63,159 bases of DNA, filler included, from Acidimicrobiia bacterium (GCA_041619515.1; 2 parts of 2 records of this genome joined end to end with filler, not necessarily neighbours in it), one strand, 5' to 3'; positions 26,625-35,675 are shown, counted from the first letter of the whole stretch. Translations and numbers: made by a program. Notes: a model not told the origin generated them from the letters alone.

Positions 26625-27779
26625 ATGGGGGTAGCCGACGGGGTCGTGACCGGTGTCACTCAGATTCGCGACCGCGGTCCCGAAAGCACCAGCTGGAATT
26701 TGGTTGTCGTCGGGGACGGCTTCACCTCGGCCGAGCAAACCGTCTACCAGACCGCGGTCGATACCTTCGTGACAGAACTGCTGGCATCTCCGCCCTTCGA
26801 CGAGTCGATCGTGAGCAATTCCATCAACGTGTTCCGGGTGGACGTGGAATCGAATGAGTCGGGGGCCGACAACCCTGCAACCTGTCCCGACGGGACCACG
26901 CCGTTCGGCGGCGCAGCCACCACGGCGGCCACCTATTTCGACGCCGAGTACTGCAGCGGCACCGTTCGGCGTCTCCTCACCGTCGACGAGGCGCTGGTGG
27001 TCACCGAAGTCAATGCCCTCGTCCCGGAATGGGACGCCATTGTCGCCATCGTCAACCACTACGAGTGGGGCGGCGCCGGCTCGCCCGACGTGGCAGTGTA
27101 TTCACTGGGCGCCGGGCCGGATGTCGCCATCCACGAGCTGGGACACGAGCCGTTCGGCCTGGCCGACGAATACGAGAGCTACGCCGGATGCTCCTCCGGG
27201 GAGACCACCCAGGACAACTACACCGGCGGCGAACCGTACGAGCCGAACGTCACGATCGACACGAACCGTGCCACCCTCAAGTGGGGGAATCGAGTCGACG
27301 CCACCACTGCGCTGCCAACCACGACAAACTCGGACTGCACGCAGTGCGACACCCAGCTGAGCCCGGTGCCGGCCGGCACGATCGGATGCTTCGAGGGAGC
27401 CTTCTACCACCACTGCGGCGCCTTCCGGCCCGCCTTCGACTGCAAGATGCGGGTCAGCAGCTTCGACTTCTGCCGGGTGTGCCAGGACGTGGTGCACGGA
27501 ATCGTGGTGCAGACAGCCTGCTGCTTCGTGGCCACCGCCGTATATGGCGATCCCTGGCATCCCGATGTCGCGGTCATCCGCAGCTGGCGAGATCGTCACC
27601 TTGCGTCGGGTGCTCCGGGCCGATTCGGGATGCGAGTGCTGGCGGCGGCCTACCAATGGTTCGGCCCTCGCCTGGCTCGCCGGGTCCTCGTCCGTCCGCG
27701 CCTGGCCGCCCCCCTGCGGGCGGCGATCTTTCAGCCCTGGGCGGCCCTCCTCCGACGACGAGCGGCCGGTCGGGGCTAG
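26625..27779 (+). CDS. M64 family (IgA peptidase-like) zinc metallopeptidase with C-terminal CFI-box-CTERM-like domain
   Basis: NLVVVGDGFT, HELGH.PFGLADEY, FEGA.Y...G.FRP..DCKMR...FCRVC, then CCFVATAVYG....DV..IR.WRD..L. Confidence 0.82.
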   Translation: MGVADGVVTGVTQIRDRGPESTSWNLVVVGDGFTSAEQTVYQTAVDTFVTELLASPPFDESIVSNSINVFRVDVESNESGADNPATCPDGTTPFGGAATTAATYFDAEYCSGTVRRLLTVDEALVVTEVNALVPEWDAIVAIVNHYEWGGAGSPDVAVYSLGAGPDVAIHELGHEPFGLADEYESYAGCSSGETTQDNYTGGEPYEPNVTIDTNRATLKWGNRVDATTALPTTTNSDCTQCDTQLSPVPAGTIGCFEGAFYHHCGAFRPAFDCKMRVSSFDFCRVCQDVVHGIVVQTACCFVATAVYGDPWHPDVAVIRSWRDRHLASGAPGRFGMRVLAAAYQWFGPRLARRVLVRPRLAAPLRAAIFQPWAALLRRRAAGRG

Positions 27780-27848
27780 CCGCCGTCCAATCCGCCGGAG
27801 CCGGGGTCGCACCGTGTCAGTGCGGGGATGTGCCTAGCGTGTCGCACC

Positions 27849-29102
27849 ATGAGCGGACAATCGCCACGGGTGGTCATCGTCGGAGCAGGGTTTGCCGGTC
27901 TGTGGGCCGCCAAGACCCTGGCCGGGTCTCCGGTCGAGGTCCTGGTGGTAGACCGGAACAACTATCACTCCTTCTTCCCGCTGCTCTATCAGGTGGCTGC
28001 CGCCGAGTTGCACCCGGCCGACATCACCTATCCGGTCCGGACGATTCTCCGGCGGCAGAGCAACGCTTCGTTTCGACTCGCAGAGGTGCACGGCCTCGAC
28101 CTGGACGAGCGGACGTTGCACACCGACACCGGGCCGATTCCCTACGACTACCTGATTCTCGCCATCGGGAGCACGACGCTCTATTTCGATGTCGACGGCG
28201 CCGAGGCACACGCGTTTCCCCTGCGGACCCTCGATGAGGCCATCGAGCTTCGCAACCACATCTTGCGCACCTTCGAAGCCGCAGAGCAGGCAGCTGATAA
28301 GGGCGAGCGGCGCCGGAGGGCCACGTTCGTGGTGGTGGGCGGCGGCCCCACCGGTGTGGAATTCGCCGGCGCTCTCCAGGAGCTCATCAACGGACCGATC
28401 GAAAAGGACCACCCGGAGCTCGACCGCGACGACATCTCGCTGGTCCTCGTGGAGGGAACCGCCCGGCTGCTCTCGATCTACCCGGCACGCCTCGGAGAGT
28501 ATGCCCGCCGTCGGCTCGGCAAGATCGGGGTCGACGTTCGTACCGACACGACGGTGGCAGCCGTCGACCCCGACGGGGTGACTTTGGGAGACGGGTCGCG
28601 AGTCGAGAGCTCGACGGTGGTGTGGACGGCCGGGGTCGGTGGTGACCAGGCGGTGTCCGATTGGGGTCTGCCCACCGCCAAGGGCGGCCGGGTGCGGGTG
28701 CTGCCGAGCCTGCAGCTGGACGGCCGCCCGGAGGTGTTCGTCACCGGTGACGTGGCGCTCCCGGACTCACCTGCCCCGATGGTGGCCCAGAATGCGCTCC
28801 AGCAGGGGACGCACGCCGCCCGCAGCATCCTTCGCCTGGAGGCGGGGCAGCAGCCGGAGGCGTACGCCTATCGGGACCTCGGCAACATGGCCGTGATCGG
28901 GCGCAACGCGGCGGTCGTGCACTTGTTCAACCGATGGGGGTTCAAGGGGTTCCCTGCCTGGGTCATGTGGCTTGCCGTGCACCTGTTCAAACTGATCGGC
29001 TTTCGGAACCGCATCGGTGCCCTCCTGGGCTGGGCCGGCGACTACTTCTTCGGGGACCGCACCGCCCGGGTGATTCTCGAACCACCGGATCCTGCCAGGT
29101 GA
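27849..29102 (+). CDS. ndh: Type II NADH dehydrogenase (NAD(P)/FAD-dependent oxidoreductase)
   Basis: Motifs VVIVGAGFAG, PLLYQVA, VGGGPTGVEFAG, WTAGV and DLGNMAVIGR. Confidence 0.9.
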   Translation: MSGQSPRVVIVGAGFAGLWAAKTLAGSPVEVLVVDRNNYHSFFPLLYQVAAAELHPADITYPVRTILRRQSNASFRLAEVHGLDLDERTLHTDTGPIPYDYLILAIGSTTLYFDVDGAEAHAFPLRTLDEAIELRNHILRTFEAAEQAADKGERRRRATFVVVGGGPTGVEFAGALQELINGPIEKDHPELDRDDISLVLVEGTARLLSIYPARLGEYARRRLGKIGVDVRTDTTVAAVDPDGVTLGDGSRVESSTVVWTAGVGGDQAVSDWGLPTAKGGRVRVLPSLQLDGRPEVFVTGDVALPDSPAPMVAQNALQQGTHAARSILRLEAGQQPEAYAYRDLGNMAVIGRNAAVVHLFNRWGFKGFPAWVMWLAVHLFKLIGFRNRIGALLGWAGDYFFGDRTARVILEPPDPAR

Positions 29103-29258
29103 GGCCTGGCTTCGGACACCCACCACCCAGCGTCTTCCGGGATCTTGTGATGGCGGTGGGTGGCCCTCGGCCAGTGCCTGGCCGGCTCGCGTAGGCTCCG
29201 ATTCTGCACGTCGCGTCGCGTCGCGCGGCTATGACGCGTGCAGCGGAGAGGAGGATCG

Positions 29259-29633
29259 ATGTCTGAGGCAACGTTCGAGGACGCCCAGGTGATGCTGAAA
29301 TGCGCCGAGCTGTTCAACAGCATGGACCTGGGCGGGATGACAGGCTGGATCTACGGGGATGACTTCCCCGTGGCGCACGACGAGTTCCTTGCCCGGTATC
29401 CGAGGTCGAGTGAGGAATACGGCAATCTGCGCCGGTACATGGGCTACTTCGAAACCATCGGCACACTCTGGAAGCACGGCCTGTTCGACGAAGGACTGCT
29501 ACTGGACTGGCTGTGGATTCCGTGGGATCGCATCAAGGACATCGTGCTGGGAGAGCGCGAAGCGGCGGGAGTGGCGCGTCTGTATGAGAACTTCGAGGCG
29601 CTCGGCATGCGCCAACACGAGATGTCCCCCTAG
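29259..29633 (+). CDS. Hypothetical protein, DUF4760-like
   Basis: GAGGA RBS; YFETIGTLWKHGLFDE...W...LYENFEAL resembles DUF4760. Confidence 0.55.
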   Translation: MSEATFEDAQVMLKCAELFNSMDLGGMTGWIYGDDFPVAHDEFLARYPRSSEEYGNLRRYMGYFETIGTLWKHGLFDEGLLLDWLWIPWDRIKDIVLGEREAAGVARLYENFEALGMRQHEMSP

Positions 29634-29640
29634 GCCGTAG

Positions 29641-29666
29641 CCGGGACGGCGTTCGCTGCCTCCCGG
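29641..29666 (+). terminator. GC-rich hairpin after the DUF4760-like gene
   Basis: CCGGGA-cGGCgttcgctGCC-TCCCGG; no U-tract. Confidence 0.35.
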
Positions 29667-29840
29667 TGGACACGTCCGCCCTGTCGGGTTCTGGGTGGGA
29701 CGAGGGCTCAACGAGCACGAATGTCCGCCCCTCGAAGTGCCGTTCTGTGTGGGTCCTGGGGTCGGAAGCCTCTGGGAGATGTGGCGGTCGTCATCGATAT
29801 TGGGGGGGCCTGACCGGCCACTCTCGATCAAGGGGGCGGT

Positions 29841-30539
29841 GTGCGGACCCAGCTGATGATCATGTCGATCGTCTCGGCGGTCTTCCTTGTTGCGATAGCG
29901 GTGTTGGTTGGTCTGGTGTGGCGGTTGGGATGGCTCGGTGGTATGGGCGTCGGGCTTGGTCTAGCCGGTGTGGTCGTCGCCTTGTACGTGTGGGTGATCA
30001 AGCCGTGGCACCTGCGCTGGGGAGCGACCGACGCCGAAGTGGCAAGGGACATGCCCGGCGACGACCTGATCCCGGGTGCGAAGGCGGCGACACGGGTGAT
30101 CACGATCGAGGGCACCGTGAACCAAGTTTGGCCCTGGCTGGTGCAACTTGGTTTCGGCAAGGCAGGTTGGTACAGCTATGACTGGATCGACAACGACTTC
30201 AAGCCGAGCGCCGACCGGATCATCCCCGAGTACCAGAACCTCCAGGTGGGCGACAAGATCCTCATGATGCCGGCGATGGGATTCGTCGTGCACTCAATCG
30301 ACGCTCCGCACTCGATTGTCAGCCTGTTGGAGGACGGATCTACGAGCTGGTGCCTCGGTCTCTACCCGATCGAGGGCGGCGGGACCCGGTTGGTGAGCCG
30401 CTGGCGACCCAAGTTCGAGATGACTCCGGCCACGGTCCTGATGTCGGCGTTGGCCGAGCCGGGCACCTTCATCATGGAACAGAAGATGCTGCGAACCATC
30501 AGGGACCGCGTCGAGGCATCTGTGGGATCGAGGCGATAG
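29841..30539 (+). CDS. Membrane-anchored SRPBCC-like protein
   Basis: Two N-terminal TMs, then RWGATDAEV...MPGDDLI, VWPWLVQLG..KAGWYSYD and FIMEQKML..I..R.E. Confidence 0.7.
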   Translation: MRTQLMIMSIVSAVFLVAIAVLVGLVWRLGWLGGMGVGLGLAGVVVALYVWVIKPWHLRWGATDAEVARDMPGDDLIPGAKAATRVITIEGTVNQVWPWLVQLGFGKAGWYSYDWIDNDFKPSADRIIPEYQNLQVGDKILMMPAMGFVVHSIDAPHSIVSLLEDGSTSWCLGLYPIEGGGTRLVSRWRPKFEMTPATVLMSALAEPGTFIMEQKMLRTIRDRVEASVGSRR

Positions 30540-30542
30540 CGA

Positions 30543-30977
30543 ATGGGTACGGCGTGGGGTCTCGTCATCATCGTCTTCTCACTGTTGGCATGGGCTGGTC
30601 AGGCCATGTCGTGGCTCGCGCCCGTGCGCGCCGAGCAGTGGTCACTCACTGAAGGCGAAGAGTATGTGGAACCGGTGTACTACGCCGACGGTCGTGGCGA
30701 AGCTGTGTGGGACACGCTCTCGTTGTGGACGATGCTGGCGGCCGGCGTCTTGCTCGTCGCCGACAGTTCGTCATGGGGCTACTTCGGGCTTGTCGGCGGG
30801 GGGATGTACACCTACTTCGCCGGACGCGGCGTCTTCACGCGCCTAGCCATACAACGGCGCGGTTATCGAATCGGAAGCACCCGGAACGTCAGAGTCGGGT
30901 ACACGTTCCTACTCATCTGGGGTGTCATCGGGGTGATCACGATTGTCGCAGCCGTCGTCGCCCTACCCACATCATGA
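30543..30977 (+). CDS. Hypothetical ~4-TM membrane protein
   Basis: Hydrophobic ORF 3 nt after the upstream stop. Confidence 0.65.
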   Translation: MGTAWGLVIIVFSLLAWAGQAMSWLAPVRAEQWSLTEGEEYVEPVYYADGRGEAVWDTLSLWTMLAAGVLLVADSSSWGYFGLVGGGMYTYFAGRGVFTRLAIQRRGYRIGSTRNVRVGYTFLLIWGVIGVITIVAAVVALPTS

Positions 30978-31007
30978 CGGTCTTGGAATCGTGACGAGGG
31001 AGGCGTA

Positions 31008-31448
31008 TTGGAAGTAACAGCGTTGACCTGGATCGTGGCCCTCGGTGGGCTTGTACTCATCGGGCTGCTGGGGGGCCTGCAACTGGTGGCGGCACTGCGA
31101 CCCCGCAGCGAATGGACCATCAAGAACGTGTACGGCGGCAGCCCCGACGCCACCGATCCCACCGCCTACTTCGCGTTCAACCAGGGCTACGCCTGGGCCG
31201 ACGCCTTCTTCTGGGCTCCCCTCCAGATCACCGCCAGCGTCGGGATGCTGCTCGGCGAACGCTGGGGATTCCTCCTCGCCCTCGTCGCCTCCGTACCGTT
31301 CTGGTACACCGCCATCCCGATATTCATCTGGGACTGCGACCTCGGCTTCCGGCAGAACACCATCACCTATTGGATAATCGTGTGGGGCATCTGGCCCGCA
31401 TACGGCGTCCTCGAAGGCGTGTACACCTTCCTACGACTCGTCGAGTAG
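31008..31448 (+). CDS. Hypothetical ~4-TM membrane protein
   Basis: GGGAGG RBS before a TTG start; hydrophobic segments. Confidence 0.65.
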   Translation: MEVTALTWIVALGGLVLIGLLGGLQLVAALRPRSEWTIKNVYGGSPDATDPTAYFAFNQGYAWADAFFWAPLQITASVGMLLGERWGFLLALVASVPFWYTAIPIFIWDCDLGFRQNTITYWIIVWGIWPAYGVLEGVYTFLRLVE

Positions 31449-31670
31449 ACACCGGGAAGCCACGGGCACCTCTTTCGAGGGCCTCGGTCGGGGTTGCCGA
31501 CCGTCCGGAAAAGGCTGGATGACTACATGGGCATTCGATGGTGGGCCTAATCGAGGCTTACTCGAACCTCGAAACACCCGAGAGGGATGGTAACCAGCGA
31601 CTTCGCTGAGGTCCCGGAGTTGATCCTCCAGACGACCGGACGGGAGAAGTTTCTGGAGCGTCGGTCCCTT

Positions 31671-31814
31671 CTACCAGTTGCAGTGGTTGATGAGGAAGGT
31701 TTCTACGGTTGGGTTTGCGGCTGTCAGGGTGGTGTTGTCCAGTTTGCAGTCTTCGAGGTTGGTGAGGTTGGTGAAGCTGGTGGGGATTTCGCCGTTGAGC
31801 GAGGGGTTGTCGTA
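31671..31814 (-). CDS. 3' end of a leucine-rich-repeat protein (plant-type LRR), truncated by the contig end; not in the ORF track
   Basis: Hand translation gives YDNPSLNGEIPTSFTNLTNLEDCKLDNTTLTAANPTVETFLINHCNW*, matching the plant-specific N.L.G.IP..(L/F).NL..L consensus. Confidence 0.7.
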   Translation of the reverse strand, partial: YDNPSLNGEIPTSFTNLTNLEDCKLDNTTLTAANPTVETFLINHCNW

Positions 31815-31914
31815 NNNNNNNNNNNNNNNNNNNNNNNNNNNNNNNNNNNNNNNNNNNNTTAATTAATTAANNNNNNNNNNNNNNNNNNNNNNNNNNNNNN
31901 NNNNNNNNNNNNNN
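31815..31914. other. Artificial contig-joining linker
   Basis: 44 N + TTAATTAATTAA (stops in all six frames) + 44 N. Confidence 0.97.
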
Positions 31915-32223
31915 GACCAGCGGCGGGATCAGCATCCAAAACCACACGACGCCGCCCGCGAGGCCGACGACGATCGCCCCCAGGCATACCCGCCGGGCGA
32001 GACCGCCCGAGCGCAAGAACCACAGGCCGCCCAGGAGGGAAAGCGCAAACGCGCCTGTGACGATCGCTCCAAACGCTTTATCCTGTCCGGAGATCGAGGG
32101 ATCGGTGTCGAAGGCGATAGCCAGTGCAAGGAACACCTGGAACAATCCGAGCACCAGTGCCAGCCCGGTGATCCAAAGCCGCGTGACCGCTTCCACAACC
32201 GCCTCCCTCATGCGCTCACTCAT
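31915..32223 (-). CDS. Hypothetical membrane protein, 3'-truncated at the contig edge
   Basis: Three hydrophobic segments; runs into the linker. Confidence 0.55.
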
Positions 32224-32274
32224 ACAGACGAAGAAGAGCGGAGATCGGGTGACACAGGGTCGCCTGTTCGCTCG

Positions 32275-32697
32275 TCAGTCGGTGCCCTCGAGCTCCTCGA
32301 AGAGGGTGATCTGTAAGCCTGCCGGTGCTTCCAGTCTCGAGTTGAGTGAGTGCCAGGGGGTTTCGATGGGAGGGGCTATGAGGTCCGCTCCCGCCGCCAC
32401 CAGCTCGTCGGTCTTGGCGCTTGCATCGGTGACTTCGAACGCCACCCGAATGCTACGGCTCACCTGGCGCCCGACCTCGAGGTCGTCGATCAGCCGCTTC
32501 TGGGCGCGATTGACGATCTCCAATGTTGCGCGGCCCGCCTGCAGTGCCATCACGCGAGCCCCACCCTCGCTCTCGACGAAGAATTCCTCCCCCAACCCGA
32601 GGGTGTCCCGGTAGAACGCGACGGCTTCCTCGAAGTCCTCGGCTTCCACCACCAGGCGGAGCTGCTTGACCGCTCCGGCTGCCGACCCATCGCTCAT
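32275..32697 (-). CDS. VOC/glyoxalase family protein
   Basis: DFEEAVAFYRDTLGL, RVAFEV.D and PIETPW.SLNSRL.AP.G. Confidence 0.88.
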   Translation of the reverse strand: MSDGSAAGAVKQLRLVVEAEDFEEAVAFYRDTLGLGEEFFVESEGGARVMALQAGRATLEIVNRAQKRLIDDLEVGRQVSRSIRVAFEVTDASAKTDELVAAGADLIAPPIETPWHSLNSRLEAPAGLQITLFEELEGTD

Positions 32698-32867
32698 GCG
32701 ACTGCTCCGTTCGACGTGTTGCCAGACTCTATGCGCCTGCCCGACCCGTGATCGACACAGCCTTTGTATCGCCGTCTTCGGTGCCGGATGCCGGGGGCCA
32801 TCCCCGGTCCGCTCCAGACTCCCGCCGGCAGTCGCTGAGCGACTGCCAGGGACCCGAAGGGTTCCCG

Positions 32868-32941
32868 TGGAGGTGACGGGATTTGAACCCGTGACCCCTA
32901 CGTTGCGAACGTAGTGCTCTGCCGGGCTGAGCTACACCCCC
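32868..32941 (-). tRNA. tRNA-Ala(CGC), CCA not encoded
   Basis: Cloverleaf with acceptor GGGGGTG/CACCTCC (G3:U70), anticodon arm CTACG-TTCGCAA-CGTAG and T arm ACGGG-TTCAAAT-CCCGT. Confidence 0.96.
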
Positions 32942-32986
32942 GGAACGGTGAGGAATCTTAGGCCGGGAGGGCGGGAGGACGAAGAG

Positions 32987-33922
32987 CTATCGCAGCCAGG
33001 GGAGGTAGCGGCGGAAACGCAGCCACCAGTATCGCTTGTGCCCGTCCACCGACGACCGGGTCTGGCCGAATCGGGCTCGGGTCATCCGCGCCTTGAGAAC
33101 GAGCCGGTCCCACATGCCCCCAACGGTCGCCTGACGGTGAATGCGGAGCCGCCGGGCCGAGGTGTCGCGCCCGCTCGACGCCCGCCCGAGCCGCCGGAAG
33201 GGGCTGGTCAGGGCGAGGAAGAAGCCTCCGATGCGGGCACCGAGAGTCGGCTTCGGATCGGTGAAATGCGAGGGCGGCGGCGGGGGCTGCTTCGTCGTGA
33301 GGCGGGCCCATCCGTTCGAGGTCTTGTAGGCGAGCGAGCCGAAGCCCCGTCCTACCGCCGGCAGGCCCTGGGTGGCGAGGCGGACGACTCCGGTTGCGAG
33401 CACGATGGCGGCGAGCATGGCTCCGGCGCCGACGAAGGGGAGCGACCACGGCGGCAGGCCGCCGAAGCTCGATGACCCGTCCTCTCCACCGCCCCCGGGG
33501 CCGGCGCTGGATGGGGGCACGAAGCCGGTGGTGGTCGTCACGATGAGTGAGGTGGTCGTCGAAGGTGGTCGCCGCGTCGTGGTCGTTACGAGTGCGATCA
33601 GGGTGGTAGTGGTAGCAGTCGTGGTGGTCGTTGAGGAGACCGTGGTTGTGGTGGGTGGGACGGTCGTGGTGGTCGGGGCCGGGCGGGTTGTAGTTGTGCG
33701 CCTCGTGGTGGTGGTTGTGGGCCTCGTCGTGGTGGTTGTGGTGGGTGGGGCGGTCGTGGTGGTCGGAGGCGGCGGCAACGTGGTGACCTGGGGCTCTGTG
33801 GTACTCGTCGTGTCGACCTGGGCTTGGGCTTCAAAGGCCGGGGTGACCAGCACGGGCGCGACGGCAAGCGCAATCACTGCGATGGCGAGCACGAGCCGAC
33901 GGCGGCGGATGGAAGCAGACAC
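32987..33922 (-). CDS. Thr/Pro-rich single-pass membrane protein
   Basis: Signal peptide ending AEAQA-like (FEAQAQ), ~95-residue Thr-rich tract, one TM and an Arg-rich tail. Confidence 0.7.
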   Translation of the reverse strand: MSASIRRRRLVLAIAVIALAVAPVLVTPAFEAQAQVDTTSTTEPQVTTLPPPPTTTTAPPTTTTTTRPTTTTTRRTTTTRPAPTTTTVPPTTTTVSSTTTTTATTTTLIALVTTTTRRPPSTTTSLIVTTTTGFVPPSSAGPGGGGEDGSSSFGGLPPWSLPFVGAGAMLAAIVLATGVVRLATQGLPAVGRGFGSLAYKTSNGWARLTTKQPPPPPSHFTDPKPTLGARIGGFFLALTSPFRRLGRASSGRDTSARRLRIHRQATVGGMWDRLVLKARMTRARFGQTRSSVDGHKRYWWLRFRRYLPWLR

Positions 33923-34021
33923 TGATACCCCTCTTCGGAAGAGTTTTCCCGCTCTTTACCATGAGTGTAGTGAGTGGAGGCAGATTGTCTCCCGGAAACA
34001 GCTCACCCCGTCAGACGGCGA

Positions 34022-34717
34022 TCAGTCGGCCAGGACCTTGACCGGACCTTGCAGAAAGCGTTCGTTCGGCACCTCATAGAGCGAACCGCCTTCGCCTTCG
34101 AGGTGGGTGGCCGACAAGCCGACGGAGAGCAGGCGGCCCTGCACGCCGTCGATGCTCAGCAATTGACCTGGTCTGAACCGGTCCTGAACGTAGCGGCCGG
34201 CAGCGACTTGCCGGGAAATCGCCAGTGACCCGAGGCCGACGGCGAGTCCTCCCGCCAGCGCAGTACCGAATGCGAGCGCGGCCACGAGCAGGAGAATGAT
34301 GTCGGTGCTCACTCCCAGCTGATCGAGGGCGATGATCACACCGATTCCGAGCAGGACGCCCGAGACCGCCAGGCTCACCCGCTTGGCCAGGACGGGAGAG
34401 ATGTTTCGCATCGCGGTCTCGATGAAGAGCCCAATGATCTTGCCACCACTGCGGGTGAGGATGATGACCAGGACTGCAACGAGCGCCTTGGGCACGAAGC
34501 TGATGGTGGCGTCGAGGAGCCGGTCGGTCTGGTCGGGATCGAGGATCACCAGGATTCCGACGACCACACTCGTGAGAATCACCACCGGGACCAGCTGATT
34601 GATGAGCTCCCGCAGTTGCTCGGGAGCCCGCTTGGCCAGGATCTTTCCGAGAACGAGGGTTGCCACTATGACGACTGCGACTGTGACGGCGGTGCCGATG
34701 GTCGTTTCCAGGTTCAT
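34022..34717 (-). CDS. Small-conductance mechanosensitive channel (MscS)-like membrane protein
   Basis: Multiple TMs, then IIALDQLGV, GLAVGLG and beta-domain FRPGQLLSIDGVQGRL..VGL..T.L......VPN. Confidence 0.75.
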   Translation of the reverse strand: MNLETTIGTAVTVAVVIVATLVLGKILAKRAPEQLRELINQLVPVVILTSVVVGILVILDPDQTDRLLDATISFVPKALVAVLVIILTRSGGKIIGLFIETAMRNISPVLAKRVSLAVSGVLLGIGVIIALDQLGVSTDIILLLVAALAFGTALAGGLAVGLGSLAISRQVAAGRYVQDRFRPGQLLSIDGVQGRLLSVGLSATHLEGEGGSLYEVPNERFLQGPVKVLAD

Positions 34718-34986
34718 GTTCGCTCCTCACCCATGCCGTACACTCGCAATGCTTCTCCGATCCTCGCCAAGATACCGCCACCTTCCTTGAGGACTGCGAT
34801 GACGAACTCCTCCAAGCCGACCACCCGCATCACTGGCTCACTGAGGTCGGTTTGGAGCTCCCCCTGCCACAGATCTGCGAGAAACGCCTGGCAGGTGTCG
34901 CAGGTCATGACGTGCTCGTCGATCGAATCGTCGATCCCCTCGGCGAAATCGATGCGCTGGACATCGGTGATGGTGCAGGCGGTCAT
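34714..34986 (-). CDS. Small putative zinc-binding anti-sigma factor
   Basis: ATGA-coupled to the ECF sigma; HxxxCxxC motif (HVMTCDTC). Confidence 0.65.
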   Translation of the reverse strand: MTACTITDVQRIDFAEGIDDSIDEHVMTCDTCQAFLADLWQGELQTDLSEPVMRVVGLEEFVIAVLKEGGGILARIGEALRVYGMGEERT

Positions 34987-35522
34987 TGCCAATCCCTCAT
35001 GTGCGCTTGCAGGGCTCGTCGTGCCCGGAAGATGCGGGTCCGGACGGTGTTGAGAGGAAGCTCGAGCCGGCCGGCGATGTCTTCATAGGACATGTGCTGC
35101 ATCTCGCGCAGGACGAGCGGATGTTTGAGATCCTCGGGGAGAGATTCGATGGCGGTGCCGATGGCGCGCGCCAGCTCTGATGCCTCGGCAGATTGCTCGG
35201 GGCCCGTGGCCTCGGCGGCGAGCGTGTCCGGCATGAGCTCGGTGGGGTACTCGCGCCGGCGTGTGACGGCGTTGAGGGCGAGGTTGTGGGCGATGCGGTA
35301 CAGCCAAGACCTGACCTGGCTGTCGCCGCGAAAATCGGGGAGCGCCCGGTAGGCGCGTAGGAAGCATTCCTGGGAAACGTCCTCGGCGAGGGTTGGGTTC
35401 TTGACCACTCGTAGCACTGCTCCGTACACAAAATCCTGGTGACGACGGATCAACTCGCCGAACGCTTCCAGGTCCCCGGCCGAAGCCGAGGCAACTAGCT
35501 CGAAATCGTCACGGTCGTGCAC
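34983..35522 (-). CDS. ECF sigma-70 factor
   Basis: GDLEAFGELIRRH, AEDVSQECFLRAY, SWLYRIAHN and MSYEDIA..L..PLNTVRTRIFRAR. Confidence 0.93.
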   Translation of the reverse strand: MHDRDDFELVASASAGDLEAFGELIRRHQDFVYGAVLRVVKNPTLAEDVSQECFLRAYRALPDFRGDSQVRSWLYRIAHNLALNAVTRRREYPTELMPDTLAAEATGPEQSAEASELARAIGTAIESLPEDLKHPLVLREMQHMSYEDIAGRLELPLNTVRTRIFRARRALQAHMRDWQ

Positions 35523-35675
35523 TCCGTCGCATACCCTCTCTTGGACACGAGAACGCTACGCGATATCGCGAAATTTCTCCAAAGAACCCGAGAACTTCCC
35601 CGCCGGCTCTGGGTCGAAGTTGTGGCTGTGACAAGACCGGACGGTGCAACCGAAGCCTTTTGAGAATTGATTTGA

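Noticed and set aside
31815..31914. Palindromic TTAATTAATTAA inside an N run, and ORFs 31587-31862 and 31678-31866 running into it
   Set aside because: Artificial six-frame-stop linker. The + strand ORFs are shadows of the minus-strand LRR gene, and no synteny should be inferred across the linker.
31915..32941. Possible island integrated at tRNA-Ala
   Set aside because: No integrase and no duplicated tRNA 3' end is visible before the contig ends.
33530..33815. GTG/GTC/GTT tandem-like low-complexity DNA
   Set aside because: Explained by Thr codons on the minus strand; there is no fixed repeat-spacer structure, so not a CRISPR array or VNTR.
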